Source of the DNA: an uncultured delta proteobacterium
GTDB lineage: Bacteria; Desulfobacterota; Binatia; DP-6
Assembly: GCA_963815115.1 (NCBI GenBank)
Contig: CAWFFN010000005.1
Location: 366,948 to 406,947, forward strand
Length of the DNA: 40,000 bases
Reading direction: 5' to 3'
The notes under the pieces were generated by a model. The model searched no databases, was not told where the DNA came from, and worked only from the letters and a program-made list of their open reading frames with translations. Position 1 is the stretch's first letter, and every line of letters begins with the position of its first letter. This document shows positions 34,224 to 40,000 of this stretch, in pieces. The position numbers and the translations under genes are program-made.

Positions 34224-35166
34224 ATGGGCGAGTCGGCGGGGGTGGATCTCCACGGGCTCGCGCGCTCCTTCGGTGAGGTCGAGGCGGTGCGCGGCGTGTC
34301 GCTGCACATCGACGAAGGAGAGACCGTGGGGCTGCTGGGTCCCAACGGCGCGGGCAAGACCACCACGCTCTCGATGCTGGCCGCCCTGCTTCCGCCGTCG
34401 TCGGGTGACGCGGAGATCTTCGGAGCCAGCCTGCGCCGCGAGGCGTGGACGGTGCGCCGCCTGGTCGGCCTCGCACCCCAGGACGTCAGTCTCTATCCCG
34501 AGCTGACGGCGGACGAGAACCTGCGCTTCTTCGGCCGGCTCTACGGCCTCGGCGGAGCGCGGCTGCGGGAGCGCGCGGACGAGCTGCTCGACCTCGTCGG
34601 CCTCCTGCCGCGCCGCCACGACCGGGTCGCGACGTACTCGGGAGGCATGAAGCGCCGGCTCAACCTCGCCTGTAGCCTGCTGCATGCGCCCCGGCTGCTG
34701 CTGCTGGACGAGCCCACGGTGGGCGTGGATCCCCAGTCGCGGGACAGGATCTTCGACGCCATCCGGGAGCTGGCACGACGTGGACGGACCATCCTCTACT
34801 CGACCCACTACATGGAGGAGGCCGAGCGCCTGTGCGACCGCATCACCATCATGGACGAGGGACGCCTCGTCGCCGCCGGGACGCTCGGCGAGCTCCTCCA
34901 GATCCCTCGGCATGGGAGAGATCATCGACCTGATCGGCCTCGGCGAGGAGCTCGGCGACGGCCAGCTGGCGTCGATCCCCGGCGTCACCAAGATCGAGCG
35001 GAATGAGCGCTCGACCCGCATCTTCGTCGAGAGCGCCGCGCGCGCGCTCCCGGCGATCGCGGCCGTCGTGGCCCGGGGCGGCGAGAGACTCCGGGGCGTG
35101 CAGATCTATCCCGTGGACCTCGAGCGCGTCTTCTTGCACCTCACCGGGAAGCACCTGCGGGACTGA
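34224..35166 (+). CDS. ABC transporter ATP-binding protein (ABC-2/CcmA type), interrupted by a +1 frameshift near 34890-34916
   Basis: Frame A (34224..35006) carries Walker A GPNGAGKTT, the signature YSGGMKRRL, Walker B LLLLDEPTVGVD and the H-loop STHYMEEA, then degenerates into an Arg/Pro tail. The conserved C-terminus (GEIIDLIGLG...IPGVTKIE...VDLERVFLHLTG) is in frame +1 and ends at 35166. Confidence 0.8.
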
Positions 35167-35174
35167 CGACGTCG

Positions 35175-35777
35175 ATGCGCGCGATCGGCCGCACCACCGC
35201 CCTGGCGGTCCTGCTCGCCTGCGCGGCGTACGGCGACGTCGCGCCGCCGGGCGGCGCCGTGGACGCGGTCCGTGACACGCTCGCGAAGGCGCGCACCGTC
35301 GTGCTGACGTCCGACTCTCACGAGCAGAAGCTCGAGGCCCTGCACGACCTGGCGCGCCATCTGATGGACACCCGCGCCATGGGACGCCGGGCGATCGGCC
35401 CGCGGCTCGCGGAGCAGTCCGAGGCGCAGCAAGAGGAGTTCCTGAAGCTCTTCGACGAGCTGATCGTGCGGTCCTATCTGCAGAAGCTGCTCTTCTTCCG
35501 CCAGCCGCGCTTCGCCTTCGGCAAGGAAGAGACCGGGCAGGACACGGTGATCGTGCACACCCGCATCGTCACCGACAAGGACGAGTTCTTCGTCGACTAC
35601 GAGATGCACCAGCGCGACGGCGCGTGGGTCGCCTCGGACATCGTCGTCGAGAACATCAGCCTGGCGCAGAACTATGCGCAGCAGTTTCAGGAGCTGCTGC
35701 GAACGCGTTCCTTCGACGCGCTGCTCGAGCTGATGCGTGGCAAGGTGGCGGGGCTCCGCGCCAAGAGCGACTCGTGA
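35175..35777 (+). CDS. MlaC/Ttg2D-family lipid-binding periplasmic protein
   Basis: 200 aa. It has a signal peptide (MRAIGRTTALAVLLACAAYG) and family blocks: DTRAMGRRAIGPRL, EFLKLFDELIVRSYLQKL, DGAWVASDIVVENISLAQNYAQQF. Confidence 0.85.
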   Translation: MRAIGRTTALAVLLACAAYGDVAPPGGAVDAVRDTLAKARTVVLTSDSHEQKLEALHDLARHLMDTRAMGRRAIGPRLAEQSEAQQEEFLKLFDELIVRSYLQKLLFFRQPRFAFGKEETGQDTVIVHTRIVTDKDEFFVDYEMHQRDGAWVASDIVVENISLAQNYAQQFQELLRTRSFDALLELMRGKVAGLRAKSDS

Positions 35778-36865
35778 GCCTGCTCGCCATCGCGCTGAAG
35801 GACCTCAGGCTCATCGCCCGGGACCGCGTCGCGCTCCTCTTCACGGTCCTCGTGCCCATCGTCGTGATCACCATCGTGGCCGAGACCCTCGGCGGACACG
35901 CCGGCGGGTCGATCGTCCTGCCGGTCGTGAACGACGACGGCGGCCCGGTCGCGGAGGTGCTGACCGAGACACTCCGCAAGCACGTCGAGGTGATGGAGGT
36001 CGACCGCGCCCGGGCCGAGGCGCTGGTCGGGAGCGAGAAGCGCGCCGCGGCGGCCCTCGTGCTGCCCGAGCGTCTCAGCAAGCGCTATCTGGGCGGGCAG
36101 CCGTCGACCCTCACGCTCCTCACCGATCCGGCGAAAGGGGCCGAGGTCAACACCCTGAAAGCCTACCTCATGCTCGCCGACAGCGAGGCAGCGGCACTGG
36201 CGGACCCGCTCTCGGAAAAGCTCCTGGTACTGGACGAGCACAACCTCACCGGCACGCGCCTCACGACGTCCTCCTTCGAGCAGAACGTCCCCGGGTTCAG
36301 CGTGATGTTCGTGCTGATGAGCATGCTCTTCGGGGTCGCCTTCGGCCTGCGCGACGAGCTCGACTGGGGTACGGTCACGCGGCTGCGGATGGCGCCGATC
36401 GGGCGCGGCACGCTGCTCGGCGGCAAGCTGCTGGCGCGCTACGCCGTCGGTGTGGTGCAGATGCTCCTCCTCTTCGTGTTCGGCCACTACGCGTTCGGCG
36501 TCTCGCTCGGTCCGTCGATCCTCGGCTTTCTGGCGCTGACGCTCGTGGTCGTCTTCTGCATGACCTCGTTCAGTCTTCTCGTGGCGACGTTCGCCCGCAC
36601 GCGGGAGCAGATCATTCCGATCGGTCTCACGGTCGTCATGCTGGTGTGCGCCATCGGAGGGTGCTGGTGGCCGCTGTTCATGGAGCCCCGGTGGCTGCAG
36701 CAGGTTGCCCATGCCACGCCGACGGCGTGGGCGATGGACGGCCTCAGCGACCTCATTCTGCGGGATCGGACGCTGCTGGGGATCGCCCCCACCCTGGCCG
36801 CGCTGCTCGCCTATGGTCTCGTGTGCCTCGGCCTGGGAGCCCGGCTCTATCGGCTCGGGGACTGA
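35774..36865 (+). CDS. ABC-2 type transporter permease
   Basis: The GTG at 35774 forms a GTGA overlap with the MlaC-like stop. N-terminus is LLAIALKDLRLIARDRVALLF, followed by a large periplasmic loop and then five or six hydrophobic helices (FSVMFVLMSMLFGV...LLLFVFGHYAFGV...). Confidence 0.85.
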   Translation: MSLLAIALKDLRLIARDRVALLFTVLVPIVVITIVAETLGGHAGGSIVLPVVNDDGGPVAEVLTETLRKHVEVMEVDRARAEALVGSEKRAAAALVLPERLSKRYLGGQPSTLTLLTDPAKGAEVNTLKAYLMLADSEAAALADPLSEKLLVLDEHNLTGTRLTTSSFEQNVPGFSVMFVLMSMLFGVAFGLRDELDWGTVTRLRMAPIGRGTLLGGKLLARYAVGVVQMLLLFVFGHYAFGVSLGPSILGFLALTLVVVFCMTSFSLLVATFARTREQIIPIGLTVVMLVCAIGGCWWPLFMEPRWLQQVAHATPTAWAMDGLSDLILRDRTLLGIAPTLAALLAYGLVCLGLGARLYRLGD

Positions 36866-36885
36866 GCGTCGCCGGCGTCGCAGCG

Positions 36886-37992
36886 TCAGTGGGACGCCCG
36901 GCGCCGGAGCACTCTCTCGACCGCGGGCGCGAGCGCGGCCGCCACGCGGCGGCTTCCCTCCGCGGTGGGATGGAGTGAATCGAGGAACTCGTCCGGGCCG
37001 AGGAGGTCGTGCAGGTCGACGTACTCGAACCCGCGCGCCGCGCTCTCGGCGCGCAGCCACTCCAGGAACTCGGTCAGCCTCGCCGTGGAGGTCCGGAGGT
37101 TGTAGCAGGCGCCGCTCGGCTCGTGATTCACGGGCCAGTGCGCCACGACCACGTCGATGCCGCGCGTCCGCCGCAGCTCCTCCAGGTAGGCGAGGACGTT
37201 CCAGCTCGCCCACGCCTTGTCGCGTTCCTCGTTGGCCAGCGTCGTCGCGCAGTCGTACGTCGCGGGTTTCCGAGGCGGCGGCTGTGCCGGCTCGTCGAAC
37301 CGTCCGGTCAGGAGACGGATGCCGTCCTCTCCGCCCGCACGCACGATCGCCCGGGAGAGCGCCCCGAGCTGGCGCAGATGACCGGTCGCGAGCGATGTCC
37401 CGGGGATCCCGGAGAGCCAGAGATTGTAGCGCCAGATCGGCTCCTCCAACCCGGGCAGCGGGTCGTTCACGAGCGCCTCGACCGCCCCGGAGTTGTCCAG
37501 GAAGAAGTCGATCAAGCCAGGATACACGGCGGGCGCGACGTGGACGAACTCCGTGATGGTGAGCGGATAGACGATGACCGCGGGATCGTAGGGCAGGGCC
37601 GCGCGCACGATCAGGGCGTCTTGCAGCTGGTAGGTATTGACGAAGCCGAGGTTGAAGGCGCGCGCCGGGAGGCCATGCGCGACCAGCAGGCGGTCGAGCT
37701 CGGCGGGCACTGCTTGGTTCGCCGGGAGCGGGAACCCGAACGACACGCTGCTCCCGACGACCACGACGCGCTGCTCCTGCGGGCGATCGCGCGCGTGGCG
37801 GCAGAGCGTGTGCTGGCGCAGCAGGGGCGGGAGCCAGAAGACCTCGGGTGAGGGCAGCGGTTGCAGCCGCGCGCCGCCCTCGAACAGACCGGGCAGACAC
37901 CAGCGCGGCGTCGCGGCCGCCGGTGACGACAGGAGACACGCCAGCGTGGCGATCGCGACGAGCCCTGAGCGCGGGCGCTCAGAACGCGACAT
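36886..37992 (-). CDS. SGNH/GDSL-like hydrolase or acyltransferase partner of the MBOAT, secreted
   Basis: Signal-like N-terminus (SGLVAIATLACLLSSPAAA), block I-like VVVVGSSVSFG, and block V-like FLDSLHPTAEG (DxxH). Start is 37992 or 38010. GC3 in 37993-38010 favours the overlapping mini-ORF frame, so I chose 37992. Confidence 0.7.
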   Translation of the reverse strand: MSRSERPRSGLVAIATLACLLSSPAAATPRWCLPGLFEGGARLQPLPSPEVFWLPPLLRQHTLCRHARDRPQEQRVVVVGSSVSFGFPLPANQAVPAELDRLLVAHGLPARAFNLGFVNTYQLQDALIVRAALPYDPAVIVYPLTITEFVHVAPAVYPGLIDFFLDNSGAVEALVNDPLPGLEEPIWRYNLWLSGIPGTSLATGHLRQLGALSRAIVRAGGEDGIRLLTGRFDEPAQPPPRKPATYDCATTLANEERDKAWASWNVLAYLEELRRTRGIDVVVAHWPVNHEPSGACYNLRTSTARLTEFLEWLRAESAARGFEYVDLHDLLGPDEFLDSLHPTAEGSRRVAAALAPAVERVLRRRASH

Positions 37993-38104
37993 AGATGAAG
38001 GGAGGCGCATTCGGCTTCCAGAGCGCGAGCACCGCCAGCAGCATGAGGCCGTAGAGGACGACGCGGCCGGCGGCGCGGAGGAGACGGGTGCGGGACGGGT
38101 TCAT
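37979..38104 (-). CDS. Possible 41-aa single-pass membrane mini-protein
   Basis: The ATG at 38104 forms an ATGA overlap with the MBOAT stop. The product is MNPSRTRLLRAAGRVVLYGLMLLAVLALWKPNAPPFIYVAF. It has strong GC3 bias and one hydrophobic helix, but no Shine-Dalgarno sequence. Confidence 0.4.
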   Translation of the reverse strand: MNPSRTRLLRAAGRVVLYGLMLLAVLALWKPNAPPFIYVAF

Positions 38105-39282
38105 CCGAGCGTGAGGAGCGTGGCGGTCTGGTGAAGAACGACCCGCGGCGGGTAGAAGAAGATGAGCCAGCCGTAGCTGACGAACCCGAAGCAGACGGCC
38201 TGGCGTAGGCGGTTGCGCACCGGACCGTCGGCGAACAGCCCGGGGCGGGTTCGCCGGAGCGCCGCTTCCCCCGCGAGCCCGGCCCCGTGGTACACGCCCC
38301 AGACGGCGAAGTGCCACGCGGCCCCGTGCCAGAGCCCGCACACCGCCATGGCGGTCAGCAGGTTGAAAGCGCGGTGCCGGCGGTTGCCGCCCAGCGGGAC
38401 GTACACGTAGTCACGGATCCACGAGCTGAGGCTCATGTGCCAGCGACGCCAGAAGTCGCGCAGGCTGGTTGCGCCGTACGGCCGGTCGAAGTTCTCCGGG
38501 ACGCGCAGCCCGAGGGTGCCGGCGAGCCCGATCGCCATGTCGCTGTAGCCGTCGAAGTCGTAGTAGATGCGGAGACCTTGCAGCACCGCCAGCATGGCGA
38601 CCAGCCCCGACGTAGGGCTGGTCTGCTGCTCGATCAGCTTCACCCATTCGACGATCAGGTCGGCGACGCAGACCTTCTTGAAGAGCCCGAGGACCACGCG
38701 GCGCACGCCCGACCAGAAGACGTCCGGACTGGGTCGGGCCAGCGTCGCGAGCTGGGGAACGAAATCCGGGAAGCGCTTGATCGGGCCGGCCGCCAGGGTG
38801 GGGAAGAAGAAGGCGAACACGGCGAAATGGAGCGGATTGCGCACCGGCTGCCGTCCCGTGACGCGGACCTCGTACAGGTAGTGGACGAACTCGAAGGTGA
38901 AGAACGAGATGCCGAGCGGAGCGGCCGGGCCCATCCAGCCGAGCAGGGGACGGGGAGGGTCGGTTCCGGTCCAGACCGCGAGATGGATAAAGGTGTCGCG
39001 GACCAGGTTCGAGTACTTGTAGGTCACGAGCGTTGCGACACAGAGGCAGATCGCGAACGCAGGGAGCGACCACCGGCCGACCCGCGTCGACGTGAGCGCC
39101 GCCGCCCAGGAGAGCGTCGCCAGGGTGGTGACGACCAGCACGCCGCCCACCCCGCCGAAGTGGAAGTAGAAGGTGAGGCTCGTCGCGAGCAGCCACCAGA
39201 CCCGGAGCGCCTGCGGCAGGAGCAGGAAGCCGGTGACGGCGACGGCGGCGAAGGTCCAGAACCAGGGCTCGAGAAAGAGCAT
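38101..39282 (-). CDS. MBOAT-family membrane O-acyltransferase (AlgI/DltB-like)
   Basis: 393 aa and polytopic. Family blocks: LGISFFTFEFVHYLYEV, FFPTLAAGPIKRF, SLRDFWRRWHMSLSSWIRDYVYVPLGGNR (with the conserved His), and GLWHGAAW. Confidence 0.9.
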   Translation of the reverse strand: MLFLEPWFWTFAAVAVTGFLLLPQALRVWWLLATSLTFYFHFGGVGGVLVVTTLATLSWAAALTSTRVGRWSLPAFAICLCVATLVTYKYSNLVRDTFIHLAVWTGTDPPRPLLGWMGPAAPLGISFFTFEFVHYLYEVRVTGRQPVRNPLHFAVFAFFFPTLAAGPIKRFPDFVPQLATLARPSPDVFWSGVRRVVLGLFKKVCVADLIVEWVKLIEQQTSPTSGLVAMLAVLQGLRIYYDFDGYSDMAIGLAGTLGLRVPENFDRPYGATSLRDFWRRWHMSLSSWIRDYVYVPLGGNRRHRAFNLLTAMAVCGLWHGAAWHFAVWGVYHGAGLAGEAALRRTRPGLFADGPVRNRLRQAVCFGFVSYGWLIFFYPPRVVLHQTATLLTLG

Positions 39283-39343
39283 GCGGTGGGGTGCCGGCGG
39301 CGCGGAGTCGTCGGGGCGCGCGACCTCGGGCGATCGCGGTGGC

Positions 39344-40000
39344 TCAGGCCGCGGGAAGCCGGTACAGCTCGGCGGCGTTGAGCCCGAGGATGCGTGCGCG
39401 TTCCGCGTCGGTGAGGCTTTTGGTCGCCGCGCGCAGCTCGCTCACCACGCCGGGTATCTTGGCGTCGGGGTGCGGGTAGTCGCTCGCCCAGATGATCCGG
39501 TCGGCGCCCACGAGCGGGCTCCGGGCCGTGAAGGCCAGCGTGGATTCGTCGGGATCGAACGAGATCCAGCACTGGCGCCGGAAGTACTCCGATGGCTTCA
39601 TCTTCATCCACGGAACGTCGAAGCCGAAGATCTCGTAGTGATGATCGAGGCGCTCGAGCCAGGGGACGATCCAGCCGCCGTTCGCCTCCAGGAAGATCAC
39701 CTTGAGACGCGGGAAGCGTTCGAGGACGCCCCCGCAGACCATCACCGTCAGCGTCTCCATCATGTCGAACGGGTTCGAGATGGCCTGGCTGAAGAAGACG
39801 TTCGCCATGTTGCGGATCGGGCTGGCCTCGTCGGCGCGGTCGAAATCGGTTCCCTCCGCCTTGAACTGGTAGTAGCCGAGCGCGCGGCAGGCGCCTGGCA
39901 TGTCCGGTGCGAGGAAGGGGTGCAGGCCGATCGGCAGATCGAGCTCCTGGCAGACGTCCCAGATCGGGTCGTAGACCGGGTCGTTGAACTTCTTGCCGTC
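39344..40000 (-). CDS. Amidohydrolase-2 family protein, 5' end outside window
   Basis: The track ORF starts at 39901, but the same frame stays open to nt 40000 (DGKKFNDPVYDPIWDVCQELDLPIGLHPFLAPDMPG...). C-terminal blocks: IIWASDYPHPDA and ILGLNAAELY. Confidence 0.85.
   Translation of the reverse strand, partial: DGKKFNDPVYDPIWDVCQELDLPIGLHPFLAPDMPGACRALGYYQFKAEGTDFDRADEASPIRNMANVFFSQAISNPFDMMETLTVMVCGGVLERFPRLKVIFLEANGGWIVPWLERLDHHYEIFGFDVPWMKMKPSEYFRRQCWISFDPDESTLAFTARSPLVGADRIIWASDYPHPDAKIPGVVSELRAATKSLTDAERARILGLNAAELYRLPAA

Noticed and set aside
32486-34366. 626-aa minus-strand ORF spanning the MIPS region
   Set aside because: Only the last 116 codons (from ATG 32836) look coding. Upstream, this frame overlaps the MIPS-family gene, which has clear family motifs in another frame.
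34890-34920. Programmed ribosomal frameshift in the ABC ATPase gene
   Set aside because: I saw no slippery heptamer or obvious downstream stimulatory structure around CCTCGGCATGGGAGAG. A 1-nt indel in a GGG run (assembly error or mutation) is the simpler explanation.
35687-37939. 750-aa minus-strand ORF across the ABC-2 permease and SGNH genes
   Set aside because: Low-complexity Arg/Pro/Gly/Glu composition. It is antisense to the permease and out of frame with the SGNH-like gene, both of which have credible hydrophobicity and motif patterns.
1-40000. tRNA, rRNA, CRISPR arrays, transposase or integrase genes
   Set aside because: Reading both strands by eye, I found no cloverleaf-like conserved tRNA boxes, no rRNA-like segments, no regularly spaced direct repeats and no recombinase-like ORFs. 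tRNAscan-SE, Infernal and a CRISPR finder would be needed to exclude them formally.

Overview
Very GC-rich bacterial DNA (third codon positions are almost all G/C, so every real gene casts long antisense or off-frame shadow ORFs). I support about 34 protein-coding genes. I saw no rRNA, tRNA or CRISPR array by eye. Left flank (1-10.3 kb): an edge-truncated discoidin-domain glycosidase-like gene that is missing from the ORF track, a SbmA/BacA-type ABC fusion with a degenerate ATPase domain, a CmcJ/NvfI-type oxidoreductase, two adjacent secreted Cys-containing paralogues, and an alpha/beta-hydrolase fusion protein. Core (10,681-34,011, all minus strand): a tightly packed 22-gene orphan cluster of type II FAS/PKS style. 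It holds 3 ketosynthases, 3 Cys-less KS partners (CLF-like), 2 ACPs, FabZ, FabG, 2 crotonases, a 3-hydroxyacyl-CoA dehydrogenase, a PaaK-like adenylating enzyme, a CrtI-like flavin oxidoreductase, 4 B12-binding radical SAM enzymes (3 are tandem paralogues), an internal TetR regulator and a myo-inositol-1-phosphate-synthase homologue. This is the main candidate for an undescribed system, most likely an unusual modified lipid or polyene pathway. Right flank: a divergent ABC ATPase (frameshifted) / MlaC-like / ABC-2 permease lipid-export module, an MBOAT / mini-ORF / SGNH O-acylation operon, and a truncated amidohydrolase. Non-coding features: a 245-bp MITE-like spacer bounded by inverted repeats inside the cluster, and a two-copy intergenic repeat at about 4.6 and 6.3 kb. 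All functional calls come from motif recognition by eye; no database search was possible.
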